From Corynebacterium glutamicum ATCC 13032 (GTDB taxonomy: Bacteria > Actinomycetota > Actinomycetes > Mycobacteriales > Mycobacteriaceae), in contig NC_003450.3 of NCBI RefSeq assembly GCF_000011325.1, positions 2,220,001 to 2,252,000 on the forward strand: a stretch of 32,000 nt of DNA, read 5' to 3'. Both the position numbers and the translations under genes were made by a program. This document shows, in pieces, positions 1-10,943 of the stretch. Under the pieces are notes generated by a model. That model saw only the letters and a program-made list of their open reading frames with translations, did not search any database and was not told the origin of the DNA. Position 1 is the first letter of the stretch. Every line of letters starts with the position of its first letter.

Positions 1-1
1 T

Positions 2-361
2 TTCATCATCGCGTGGATCAACGAAGTGTTTTTAGGCTTCTTCGTTGATAATGGCCCCACTTTCCTGGTGAAAGGTCACTGGGATCCCAGCATGGACCCC
101 ACACGCGACTTCATGAAACTGTTCATGATGTGCAATCAGTGGAACGAAAACTCTCTGACTACCAAAGCTTTTTGCCATACTGATGACAAGGGTCTCCAGG
201 TCCGGGTAGAGTTCGCGGTCTCTGTCGCTGAAGGCCTCAACGACGATCAACTACAGCACAACATCGCACTGTCAATTCATCATATTTTGCAAGCGATTGA
301 TTCCATCAGCACAGAAGCCACTGGATCATCAACGGTGGAATGGCCGGAGAAAAACCGCTGA
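2..361 (+). CDS. YbjN-domain family protein (function unknown); 5' end probably lies outside the window
   Basis: The frame is open from nt 2, so the GTG at 26 in the ORF track is only the first in-window start. The translated part (KGHWDPSMDP...NQWNENSLTTKAFCHTDDKGLQVRVEF...GLNDDQLQHNI) resembles YbjN-type proteins from memory. The stop at 359-361 is followed by the hairpin terminator at 401-441. Confidence 0.5.
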   Translation, partial: FIIAWINEVFLGFFVDNGPTFLVKGHWDPSMDPTRDFMKLFMMCNQWNENSLTTKAFCHTDDKGLQVRVEFAVSVAEGLNDDQLQHNIALSIHHILQAIDSISTEATGSSTVEWPEKNR

Positions 362-400
362 TCATTAAGGTCTTCCAAGAATGGTCGCTTAGCTTTAGTG

Positions 401-441
401 CCCACACACCTGATCATGAGGTGTGTGGGTACTTTTGTTTG
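401..441 (+). terminator. Rho-independent terminator
   Basis: An 11-bp perfect stem, CCCACACACCT (401-411) / AGGTGTGTGGG (419-429), has a 7-nt loop and is followed by TACTTTTGTTTG. It sits between convergent genes. Confidence 0.75.
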
Positions 442-455
442 CGCACATCTAGCCC

Positions 456-1109
456 CTAGCCACTAGCCCCAGTCATCTCAGACCCCGATGCTTTCGAAGT
501 CCCCTGGCCTGCGTCGTCCTGGTCTATCTCTTCTTCAGGTGTCACAAATGCCGCGCACCAATACATGCACACACTCAAAAATGGAGCGACCCCAAACGCA
601 ACACCAGGGGTAATAGTGGGTGCTACCTGGAAAGACGCACCGATCGCTGAGGCGTAATCAGATGGTGAACCATGAAGCATCGTCGAGGCCACGTTTCCAA
701 ACACCAGGAATGCCACGGAACCTGCGATAGATACAATTCCCAGCCATAGGAGCATAACTGGGCCTCGATGTTGAGGGGTGCGCAGGAAAACGAATAATGC
801 GATTGCTGCTGCAAGCACACCGGTGGCGATCGCAAACCAGGCATAGCCGGCAAAAGAAGTGTTGGTTTCCACCGCTATGGAGGCTGTTTCAGCGTCTTCA
901 ACATAAGCGGTATAAGTGGGTCGGAGCAGTCCCCATGCGGCTCCCCCAATGGCGTATAAAGCCAATGTTAGGGCAAACACACCAGCGTAAACTCCCACCG
1001 ATTTGTTTATTTTCTTTCGGTTTGGGAGGTTGCGCTTGTTTCCGGCCCCGTCATCGCCTGTGTATCCATCATAAGGATTGTGGTCAGAGGTGATGCCGGG
1101 GTATGTCAT
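456..1109 (-). CDS. Integral membrane protein, function unknown (4 predicted TM helices)
   Basis: 217-aa ORF with four long hydrophobic segments (VGVYAGVFALTLALYAIGGAAWGLL, FAGYAWFAIATGVLAAAIALFVFL, VMLLWLGIVSIAGSVAFLVFGNV, GVAFGVAPFLSVCMYWCAAFV). The N-terminus is Gly/Asp-rich then basic, and the C-terminal tail is acidic. I recognise no catalytic motif. Confidence 0.6.
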   Translation of the reverse strand: MTYPGITSDHNPYDGYTGDDGAGNKRNLPNRKKINKSVGVYAGVFALTLALYAIGGAAWGLLRPTYTAYVEDAETASIAVETNTSFAGYAWFAIATGVLAAAIALFVFLRTPQHRGPVMLLWLGIVSIAGSVAFLVFGNVASTMLHGSPSDYASAIGASFQVAPTITPGVAFGVAPFLSVCMYWCAAFVTPEEEIDQDDAGQGTSKASGSEMTGASG

Positions 1110-1183
1110 GGCTCTAAAGAATACAGCCGTTGACTGTTAACTTTGCAACCTGAACTGACAACCGGAGTTTTAAGCTCTGTGGA

Positions 1184-1828
1184 TTAGTCGCAGAACTTCC
1201 ACTGGCCACCTTCGTTGAAGAAGCGCTGGGTTGCAGAGTCGGTGGTTCCACCGGCGGTTGCTACGACCCATGCGGATGCTTCCTGGCCGTTGACCACAAC
1301 ATCGGTGATGGAATCAACAGTTCCGGTGCCTTCGCCACCCAGTGGGATATCAGGGATGGTGTTGAGATCAAGCTGGGTAGCGTCAGCGCCGCTGGCTTCA
1401 AGAACGCGGGTGCAGGTGTTGTTGATGGTGTACGCAAGGGAGCTACGCAAGGTGTTGGTGTCAGTGTATCCGCGAACCAGAGCCTCGATGGCAGCTGTGT
1501 CTTCTGGGGAAGCGGTCTCGCCGTTTTCAACTGGCGCAGCTTCAGCGAAGGTAATTGGGTTCTCAGACAGCTCTTGAGACAGTACATCAAGCTGTGCTTG
1601 CTGCTCTTCGTTGATGGTTGTTGCTTCGGAAGATTCAGATTCGGACGAGGTGGTTTCTGCTGCTTCCGCCGAGGTCGCTGCGCTGGATGAGGAAGAATTT
1701 GTCGTCGTCGCTGCGCTGGATGAGGCTGCTTCAGTATCAGATGAATCACTGCCACATGCGGTCAAGAGAAGTGGGGTGACCATGAGTGCTGCGAAAGCAA
1801 CCTTCTTTGAGGAAAGGCTAATAGACAA
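1184..1828 (-). CDS. Secreted lipoprotein, function unknown
   Basis: Signal peptide ending in the lipobox LLTAC-G (MSISLSSKKVAFAALMVTPLLLTACGS), then an Ser/Ala/Thr/Glu-rich linker of about 60 aa and a C-terminal globular part of about 130 aa with two Cys residues. Confidence 0.7.
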   Translation of the reverse strand: MSISLSSKKVAFAALMVTPLLLTACGSDSSDTEAASSSAATTTNSSSSSAATSAEAAETTSSESESSEATTINEEQQAQLDVLSQELSENPITFAEAAPVENGETASPEDTAAIEALVRGYTDTNTLRSSLAYTINNTCTRVLEASGADATQLDLNTIPDIPLGGEGTGTVDSITDVVVNGQEASAWVVATAGGTTDSATQRFFNEGGQWKFCD

Positions 1829-1945
1829 AGTTCTGCTCCTGATAAATCATCGACATGCTCCGGAAAACTTAAAAATTCCCGGACGGTTCACGCAGATTAC
1901 CCTAGCAAAGCAATCTAGCTGACGACCCAATATAGTCCTGTCATT

Positions 1946-2521
1946 ATGCTGGCAATTGTGCAGCTATCAAAAGAATCTATTATTGGCGCAGCCGTTTCGA
2001 TCTTGAGCGAATTCGGTTTGTCGGATATGACCATGCGCCGCGTCGCAAAGCAGTTAAATGTCGCGCCGGGCGCGCTGTATTGGCATTTTAAAAATAAGCA
2101 GGAGCTTATCGACGCCACCTCGCGCTATCTCCTCGCGCCTGTCTTGGGGCGCAACGACGAGCAGCGAGCAAGCATTTCCGCGCAGGAAACCTGCGCGGAA
2201 ATGCGTTCGCTGATGATGCAAACCAAAGATGGTGCGGAAGTCATCAGTGCCGCACTGAGTAATCAGCAATTGCGCCAAGAATTGGAATCACTCATTTCTG
2301 ACTCTTTAAAGGAACCTAATGAGGTTGGCGCTTTTACGCTGCTACATTTTGTGGTGGGTGCAGTATTAACAGAACAAACTCAGCTGCAGATGCACGAGTT
2401 CACGGCTGGCGCGGGAGATGACACGCAAGAAAACCCTGCCGATGCAAACTTTGAGGAGAGATTCAATCAAGGAATAGAAATCATTCTGGTGGGTCTAGAC
2501 GCGCTTGGGCATATAAGATGA
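1946..2521 (+). CDS. TetR-family transcriptional regulator
   Basis: N-terminal TetR helix-turn-helix (LSDMTMRRVAKQLNVAPGALYWHFKNKQELIDA). Its stop codon lies only 7 nt before the glgX ATG. Confidence 0.8.
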   Translation: MLAIVQLSKESIIGAAVSILSEFGLSDMTMRRVAKQLNVAPGALYWHFKNKQELIDATSRYLLAPVLGRNDEQRASISAQETCAEMRSLMMQTKDGAEVISAALSNQQLRQELESLISDSLKEPNEVGAFTLLHFVVGAVLTEQTQLQMHEFTAGAGDDTQENPADANFEERFNQGIEIILVGLDALGHIR

Positions 2522-2527
2522 CGTTCC

Positions 2528-5038
<2,511 letters not shown>

Positions 5039-5050
5039 TACACCGAAAGT

Positions 5051-5084
5051 GGCGTCGCAGGGATGTTCCTGCGGCACCATTTTT
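5051..5084 (+). terminator. Probable rho-independent terminator of glgX
   Basis: Stem GGCGTCGCAGG (5051-5061) / CCTGCGGCACC (5068-5078) with one G-U pair and one mismatch, a 6-nt loop, then ATTTTT. Confidence 0.6.
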
Positions 5085-5121
5085 GCTGAGGTGGAACTCA
5101 CGGATTAAACACGGATTTTTC

Positions 5122-5151
5122 TAAGGTTAATCAAGTAAGGTTTACCTTATG
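5122..5151. promoter_or_regulatory. TAAGGTT direct repeat plus a 14-bp palindrome covering the SD and start codon of the methyltransferase gene
   Basis: TAAGGTT occurs at 5122-5128 and 5136-5142. TAAGGT-TT-ACCTTA (5136-5149) is a perfect inverted repeat whose last base is the A of the ATG at 5149. Confidence 0.3.
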
Positions 5152-5952
5152 ACTACGAAACCTATCATCCCAGAATCAACCCACTCCGCAGAACGTGCTG
5201 GTGGACATTGGATCCTTGCCAGGCTTGGAAAGAAAGTGCTGCGCCCTGGAGGTCGTGAAACAACGCAGTTCCTGCTGGAGAACCTTTCTTTGACCGGTGC
5301 TACCGTGGTGGAATTTGCTCCAGGACTTGGCGTGACTGCACGTGACATCCTTGGCAAGGGTCCGGCTCGCTACATCGGAGTGGATAGCGACGCGGATGCA
5401 TGCGCGAATGTACGTGCGATCTTACCTGCGGGTCCTCACGAGGTGCGCAATACAAATGCCACCGATACTGGCCTTGAAAGCGACTCGTTTGATGTTGTCA
5501 TCGGCGAAGCGATGTTGACCATGCAGACCGATAAGCACAAGTTGGAGCTGATGCGCGAGGCAGCTCGAATTCTGAAACCAGGCGGGCTGTACGGCATTCA
5601 CGAGCTGTCGCTGGTGCCTGACAATGTCTCCACTGCGGTGAAAGAGGATATTGCTAAGGCGCTGGCTCGTTCCATCAAAGTCAATGCCCGCCCCATCACG
5701 GTGCCGGAATGGGCTGCGTTGGCGCGTGAGGCAGGGTTCGATGTGATTAATATTCGCCAAGCCGACATGGCCCTTCTATCCCTCAAGCGGAACCTGAAGG
5801 ATGAAGGGCTAAAAGGTGTCTTCACGATTGTGAGGAACGTGATTAGCCAACCGGATCTGCGCAAGCGAGTGCTCGGAATGCGAAAGACTTTCACCGAGCA
5901 TAAAGATCACTTAGGTGCGGTTGGCATCATTTTGCAGAAGAGAGCCCAATAG
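5149..5952 (+). CDS. Class I SAM-dependent methyltransferase, substrate unknown
   Basis: Motif I VVEFAPGLGVTA, an acidic residue after beta-2 (IGVDSD), and post-I/II motifs (VVIGEAML, LKPGGLYGIHE). Confidence 0.8.
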   Translation: MTTKPIIPESTHSAERAGGHWILARLGKKVLRPGGRETTQFLLENLSLTGATVVEFAPGLGVTARDILGKGPARYIGVDSDADACANVRAILPAGPHEVRNTNATDTGLESDSFDVVIGEAMLTMQTDKHKLELMREAARILKPGGLYGIHELSLVPDNVSTAVKEDIAKALARSIKVNARPITVPEWAALAREAGFDVINIRQADMALLSLKRNLKDEGLKGVFTIVRNVISQPDLRKRVLGMRKTFTEHKDHLGAVGIILQKRAQ

Positions 5953-5986
5953 GGATCTGAAATGGAGGGGTGCGTCGATAAGCAAT

Positions 5987-6763
5987 TTAGACCGTGAACG
6001 CTGACTTCAACGCCTGCAGCGCGTCGCTGGAGTCGCCCGATGCCCACGCCTCCATGCCGATGACGCCGTCGTAGCCCATCGCGGCGAGAGCTTTCGCGAC
6101 GCCCTGGTAGTTGATCTCGCCGGTGCCGGGTTCCATGCGGCCGGGGACATCGGCAACCTGGATTTCGCCGATGAATGGCTGCGCCTCACGGAGCAGCTCA
6201 ATGAGGTTTCCTTCGCCAATCTGGGCGTGGTACAAATCCAGGTTGAGGCGCAGATTCGGGTGATTGACAGCCTTGACCAGCGCCAAAGTGTCAGTGGCCT
6301 TGGCAAAAGGAGTGCCGGGGTGATCGACTGCGAGGTTGAGGTTTTCCAGCACGAAAACCTTGCCTGCGCGCTCCCCCAGCTCAGCGATCTGGCGGAGCGT
6401 TTCAGCAGCGTAGAGCCACATTTCTGGGGTAACCACTTCAATGGGAGTAACAGGTAGTCCCTGCGGTCCAAGGCCAGTTCCATGCAGATTCAGCCGGGGG
6501 CAGTTGAGCTTTTCCGCCACCGCCAAGGACTCCGAAGCGGTTGCCAAGAGCTCCGCGCGGCCCTGTTCAGTAATCAGATCCCCGCGCAGGTAGCCCGTCA
6601 TGGAGGAAAATTCCGCGCCTGTTGCCACGAGCGCATCGATGTCTTTTGTGGACCAGTCCCAAATTTCCACGAGGAATCCCTGATCAGAGATCGTCTTGAC
6701 CCTCTCCTCGAAAGGCAGGTCCTGGTAGATCATCTCTGCGCATGCTGCGAGTTTAAAAGTCAT
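5987..6763 (-). CDS. Hydroxypyruvate-isomerase-like / xylose-isomerase-fold TIM-barrel protein (sugar or inosose isomerase/epimerase family)
   Basis: 258 aa with a Hyi-like N-terminus (FKLAACAEMIYQDLPFEERV) and the metal-ligand context typical of the AP-endonuclease-2 TIM-barrel family (VLENLN, LNLDLYHAQI, IGEIQVAD). The start is 2 nt after the stop of the upstream dehydrogenase gene, so the two form an operon. Confidence 0.8.
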   Translation of the reverse strand: MTFKLAACAEMIYQDLPFEERVKTISDQGFLVEIWDWSTKDIDALVATGAEFSSMTGYLRGDLITEQGRAELLATASESLAVAEKLNCPRLNLHGTGLGPQGLPVTPIEVVTPEMWLYAAETLRQIAELGERAGKVFVLENLNLAVDHPGTPFAKATDTLALVKAVNHPNLRLNLDLYHAQIGEGNLIELLREAQPFIGEIQVADVPGRMEPGTGEINYQGVAKALAAMGYDGVIGMEAWASGDSSDALQALKSAFTV

Positions 6764-6765
6764 GG

Positions 6766-7779
6766 TTAAACCTCGATGCTTTCAGCAAGGTTGATGGTTG
6801 CGCCGGTTTCTACGCTTCGGATGGCGCCGAGTGCGATGAGTAGTGCGGTGCGTGCAGCTTCGCCTGGAACCTTGGAAGGGGTGTTGGTACGGATGGAGTC
6901 GACGAAAGCTTGGAATTCAGCTCGGTAAGCATCGGAGAGCAGATCGGTATCCGCGCGTGAGGTGGCAGCCGCGATGCCCTCAGCGCCGTAGAAAGTCATG
7001 TTGGTTGCGCGCGCGTCGCCTGCGGTCATCATGCCCTTGGATCCGAAGACTTCACCGCGAACGTCATAACCATAGGCTGCGCTGAAGCTTGCTTCTGCAG
7101 TACCAATTGCTCCGTTATCAAAACGGACAGTCACCACTGCGGTGTCGAGGAAGCCAGTGCCAGCAGCTTCTGGAACGACGAGGCAATCAGCGTGAGCGGT
7201 TACTTCCACTGGGGTTGCGCCTGGGTTGAGGTAGCACAGCGCATCGAAATCGTGGATGAGGGTTTCCAGGAAGATGGTCCACTGAGGGATCTTGTTGGGG
7301 TCAGCGGTGAATGGTCCTGGATCGCGGGTCACGGAACGAAGCAGCTGTGGGGTGCCGATATCGCCTGCGTCAATGCGTGCGCGTGCTGCAGCGAAACCTG
7401 CCGCGAAACGACGATTGAAGCCCACCTGCAGGACAGTGTTTGCTTCGCGTGCTGCGTTGATGGCACGATCTGCGTCCTCGAGGGTGACGGCCATGGGCTT
7501 TTCCACAAACACGTGCTTGCCCGCTGCCGCTGCTTTGACCACGAGATCCGCGTGGGTTCGTGCTGGTGTAGCAATCAAAACCGCGTCAATGTCATCGCGG
7601 GTCAGGACGTCATCTGGGTTAGAGAACGCAACGGCGCCCAATTCATCAGCGAGGGTTTCTGCGTTGGGAGTTGGGTCAACGACGGCGACCAGTTCAGAGC
7701 CGATCACGTGGTTTGTGATCAGGCGTGCGTGATTTGATCCGATGCGTCCAGCACCGATGAGGGCAAGTTTGACTGACAT
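6766..7779 (-). CDS. idhA3: Gfo/Idh/MocA-family NAD-dependent oxidoreductase, myo-inositol 2-dehydrogenase-like
   Basis: N-terminal Rossmann motif LALIGAGRIG, then the EKP motif (VFVEKPMA) and GFNRRF, which are characteristic of this family. SD GAAGGA lies 6 nt upstream of the ATG. The gene symbol is my recollection of the C. glutamicum locus name, not a demonstrated function. Confidence 0.8.
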   Translation of the reverse strand: MSVKLALIGAGRIGSNHARLITNHVIGSELVAVVDPTPNAETLADELGAVAFSNPDDVLTRDDIDAVLIATPARTHADLVVKAAAAGKHVFVEKPMAVTLEDADRAINAAREANTVLQVGFNRRFAAGFAAARARIDAGDIGTPQLLRSVTRDPGPFTADPNKIPQWTIFLETLIHDFDALCYLNPGATPVEVTAHADCLVVPEAAGTGFLDTAVVTVRFDNGAIGTAEASFSAAYGYDVRGEVFGSKGMMTAGDARATNMTFYGAEGIAAATSRADTDLLSDAYRAEFQAFVDSIRTNTPSKVPGEAARTALLIALGAIRSVETGATINLAESIEV

Positions 7780-7801
7780 TTTTCATCCTTCCAAGTTTTA
7801 C

Positions 7802-7838
7802 TAGAACGTTCTACTATAACGTTCTAGTAGATACTAGA
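7802..7838. promoter_or_regulatory. Tandem LacI-type operator palindromes in the divergent idh-operon / lacI-family intergenic region
   Basis: TAGAACGTTCTA (7802-7813) is a perfect 12-bp palindrome with a central CG. TATAACGTTCTA (7815-7826) matches it at 11/12, one helical turn plus 3 bp away. An overlapping inverted repeat TCTAGTA-GA-TACTAGA lies at 7823-7838. The sites are 23-59 nt upstream of the dehydrogenase ATG (7779). Confidence 0.5.
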
Positions 7839-7905
7839 TACCACCCATTGATGCCGTCAAGGGGTTTCCTGTAAAGATGTAAGAGATTAAGAAAAAGAGG
7901 TAGAT

Positions 7906-8904
7906 ATGGCGTCAAAGCGACCGACAATGGCTGATGTGGCAAAAGCTGCTGGAGTATCCACTGCGCTGGTCTCCATCGTGTTTCGCGATGCCCCCGGAGC
8001 AAGTGAATCCACCCGCAACCATGTGAAAGAAAAAGCCGCCGAACTCGGATACATTCCTGATCGACGAGCCCAAAAACTTCGCCAAAACCGCTCCGGACTC
8101 ATCGGTGTGGCATTCGAAATGCACCAAGCATTCCACGGCGATATCGTCGAACACCTCTATCCCACCGCCCGAAAACATGGCTTCGACCTGTACCTTAGCG
8201 CGATCACACCGACTCGCACTGAAAAAGATGCCGTCAACGCCCTGATCAGGGAACGATGCGAAGCAGTAATTCTTCTAGGATCTCGCATGTCACCTAGTGA
8301 TTTGGAAACAATCGCACAGCAACTTCCCGTCCAAGTAATTGCCCGCGGTTCCGGAACCCCCAAAGTCAGTTCCGTCCATGTCGACGACGCAGTTGGCGCC
8401 CAATTAGCCCTCAACCACCTCATCGAATTAGGCCACGAACACATCATCTACATCGATGGTGGCGACGCCCCTGGCACCCAGGAACGATCAGAAGTGTTCA
8501 AAGCGCACATTGATTCCTTCGCCGGCACCACCCGCATAGTCCCTGGTGGCAGCAGCGAAGCAGCAGGAGCCCAAGCAATCTCAGAGATTCTGGATTCCGG
8601 AACTGACGCCACCGCCATCCTCGCATTCAATGACCGAGTAGCCCTCGGCGTGCTCGACATCTTATGGCAGCGCGGCATCCACGTCCCCGAAGAAATCTCC
8701 GTGGTGGGATACGACAACTCAAGCCTTGCCAGCCTCGACCACATCGGCTTGACCACCATCGCGCAGGACTCCGAAGCAATCGCGGCGAAAGCCATTGATG
8801 TCACGATCAATCAGATCAACAATCACACCGAAACTTCTGCGGTGCTGACCCCAACATTGATCACACGGCGCACCACAGGCCCTCGGCCACAGAAGGCGAT
8901 TTAA
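7906..8904 (+). CDS. LacI-family transcriptional regulator
   Basis: N-terminal HTH (KRPTMADVAKAAGVSTALVSIVFRD) followed by a periplasmic-binding-protein-like sugar-binding core (ILAFNDRVALGVLDILWQRGIHVPEEISVVGYDN). Confidence 0.9.
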   Translation: MASKRPTMADVAKAAGVSTALVSIVFRDAPGASESTRNHVKEKAAELGYIPDRRAQKLRQNRSGLIGVAFEMHQAFHGDIVEHLYPTARKHGFDLYLSAITPTRTEKDAVNALIRERCEAVILLGSRMSPSDLETIAQQLPVQVIARGSGTPKVSSVHVDDAVGAQLALNHLIELGHEHIIYIDGGDAPGTQERSEVFKAHIDSFAGTTRIVPGGSSEAAGAQAISEILDSGTDATAILAFNDRVALGVLDILWQRGIHVPEEISVVGYDNSSLASLDHIGLTTIAQDSEAIAAKAIDVTINQINNHTETSAVLTPTLITRRTTGPRPQKAI

Positions 8905-9095
8905 GAGGTCGAAAATACCGAAGGTGCACACCGTCTGGAGTTGCCAGTTCCAATCCTTTAGACGCGCATGGAGGCCTATGTATTTTTAGCGCAATTGGAG
9001 CTGGAATCGCTGAGTTTTCAGCTCGACCACACCAGGTGACCGAAAATCCTCCGGCGCATCGAATTCGGTCAAATAGTCTGGTCTGCCACAACAGG

Positions 9096-9896
9096 TCAGT
9101 GCGACCGCTGCGGAATCACCACGGGACGCCCATCAATAACCTCAACAATCACAGTGGCATCATAAATCTCCGAAATCCGCTGCGCGGTGAGCACTTCGGC
9201 TGCAGTGCCCTCGAAAACTTTGCGGCCACCATTCATCATGAGCACCCGATCGCCGTATTGCGCAGTCAGGGTGAGGTCATGCATCGCCGCGATCACGGTG
9301 AGGCCGAGTCGGTGCCGGATGGCGTCGATAAGCTCAAGCGTTTCCTGCGCATGGCCGATGTCAAGCGCGGAGGTCGGCTCGTCGAGAAGCACGATGCGCG
9401 GTTCTTGGGCGAGCGCGCGGGCAAGGCTGACGCGTTGACGCTCGCCGCCGGACAATTCGTCTAAGCCGCGGTCGCTGAAATGCTCCAATTTCAGATCAGC
9501 GAGGCACCGCTTCACGATCTCATCATCAGCACGCCCCGGCGCGTAACTGTGCGGATGACGCCCCAGCAGCACATAATCAAAAACGCTCAGACCTGCAGGA
9601 ATAGTAGGATTCTGTGGCATGAGGGCCACGGTACGCGCGAAAAAGCGACGCTGCTTCGCAGCTTTAAGACCAAAAGCAAAATGCTTTTCGACGTCCCCCT
9701 CCCCCATTTTCAGCCTTCCCGATTCCAGTGACAGTACCTGAGCAAAAGCGTGCAGCAACGTACTCTTTCCGCAGCCGTTGGGACCTACGATATTAAGCCA
9801 TTCCCCTTGTTCTACAAAGGTGCTCAACCCAGAAACCGCAGGTGTGGGCGCATGTGGGTGGCGAACCGTGATGTCTTCGCATTCAATGATCGCCAC
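9096..9896 (-). CDS. ABC transporter ATP-binding protein (FepC/FecE/BtuD type)
   Basis: Walker A GPNGCGKST, signature LSGGERQR, Walker B VLLDEPTSALD, H-loop MHDL. The GTG start directly abuts the permease stop. Confidence 0.9.
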   Translation of the reverse strand: MAIIECEDITVRHPHAPTPAVSGLSTFVEQGEWLNIVGPNGCGKSTLLHAFAQVLSLESGRLKMGEGDVEKHFAFGLKAAKQRRFFARTVALMPQNPTIPAGLSVFDYVLLGRHPHSYAPGRADDEIVKRCLADLKLEHFSDRGLDELSGGERQRVSLARALAQEPRIVLLDEPTSALDIGHAQETLELIDAIRHRLGLTVIAAMHDLTLTAQYGDRVLMMNGGRKVFEGTAAEVLTAQRISEIYDATVIVEVIDGRPVVIPQRSH

Positions 9897-10937
9897 TTAA
9901 GCACTCCTTTTTGGAACTCGTTGTCTGCTGGTTCTGCGCAAAATAAATAAGAAGAACGGTGCGCCGAGTGCAGCTGTCACCACACCCACGGGAAGTTCCT
10001 GAGGAGCCATCAATGTTCGCCCTGCGGTATCTGCCAACACGAGGAAAATGGCACCCCATACGAAAGACAGTGGCAGTAAAATCCGATGCCCCGGGCCAAC
10101 AATTAGGCGCAGGGCGTGCGGAACAATGATGCCCACAAACCCGATGAGACCGGAAATGGATACCACTGCAGCTGTACCAAGGGTTGCCACGATGACAATG
10201 CCAATGCGTACGAGGCCTGGATCGACGCCCAATGTGCGGGCTTCCACATCACCAACAGCCATCACGTCTAACAACCTGGCGCAGGACATGATCACGGCCG
10301 CGCATAGTCCCGCCACCACAGCCACGATGAAGATCGACATCCAGTTGGTGACATTGAGGTTGCCCAACATCCACACATATACGCGCGCCACCGTATCGAT
10401 GTGTCGTTGCTGAATATAGGTCTGGATGGAACTGGCAAAAGCAGCAACCGCCACGCCCGCCAAAATAACCACGGTGGTTGATGATCCCTGTCCTACTCCC
10501 CGACTCACCATCAGCGTGGCAAGTACTGCGGCAACACCACCTACAAATGCTGCACCAATCACGCCGATGCTCGGTGCAGAAAATCCCAGCACGGTACCGC
10601 CAACAATCACTGCCGTGACACCAAGGCCAGAACCTGCGGACACACCCAACAAATAAGGATCAGCCAGCGGGTTTCTAAATACCGCTTGGTAAGAAGCACC
10701 AGAAATAGCCAGCGTTGCTCCGACAATGACACCAGCGATAATTCGAGGCAGCCGGATATCAAAGAAGATGGCCTGATCTCGAGGGGTGAGCGTGTCCTGC
10801 CCACTCAAATGTCTAATCACTGCTGTGGGGCTTAAATCAATAACACCGCTAAAACCTGAAAACAGCACCACAAACCCCAAAATGACTACCGACAACGCGG
10901 TAGCCACCCAGGGGTTGAGGAAAATTCTCTTCAGCAC
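9897..10937 (-). CDS. FecCD/BtuC-family ABC transporter permease
   Basis: 346 aa with about 9-10 hydrophobic helices and typical FecCD motifs (RLPRIIAGVIVGATLAISGASYQAVFRNPLADPYLLGVSAG; GLIGFVGIIVPHALRL). Confidence 0.9.
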   Translation of the reverse strand: MLKRIFLNPWVATALSVVILGFVVLFSGFSGVIDLSPTAVIRHLSGQDTLTPRDQAIFFDIRLPRIIAGVIVGATLAISGASYQAVFRNPLADPYLLGVSAGSGLGVTAVIVGGTVLGFSAPSIGVIGAAFVGGVAAVLATLMVSRGVGQGSSTTVVILAGVAVAAFASSIQTYIQQRHIDTVARVYVWMLGNLNVTNWMSIFIVAVVAGLCAAVIMSCARLLDVMAVGDVEARTLGVDPGLVRIGIVIVATLGTAAVVSISGLIGFVGIIVPHALRLIVGPGHRILLPLSFVWGAIFLVLADTAGRTLMAPQELPVGVVTAALGAPFFLFILRRTSRQRVPKRSA

Positions 10938-10943
10938 GAAAAC

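Noticed and set aside
5122-5142. TAAGGTT repeats as a possible DtxR (iron) box
   Set aside because: Compared with the 19-bp DtxR palindrome as I recall it (TTAGGTTAGCCTAACCTAA), only one half-site-like element matches. The dyad and spacing do not fit.
7192-7737. 181-aa and 146-aa + strand ORFs overlapping the dehydrogenase gene, and similar antisense ORFs in glgX (4406-4921), treY (16217-16780) and the exonuclease gene (13421-13972)
   Set aside because: Each is antisense or out of frame relative to a CDS with clear family motifs. None has an SD or a recognisable motif.
8968-9039. 23-codon ORF (MEAYVFLAQLELESLSFQLDHTR) in the 190-nt convergent spacer after the LacI-family gene
   Set aside because: It has no SD, average codon usage and no terminator of its own. 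It is indistinguishable from a chance ORF.
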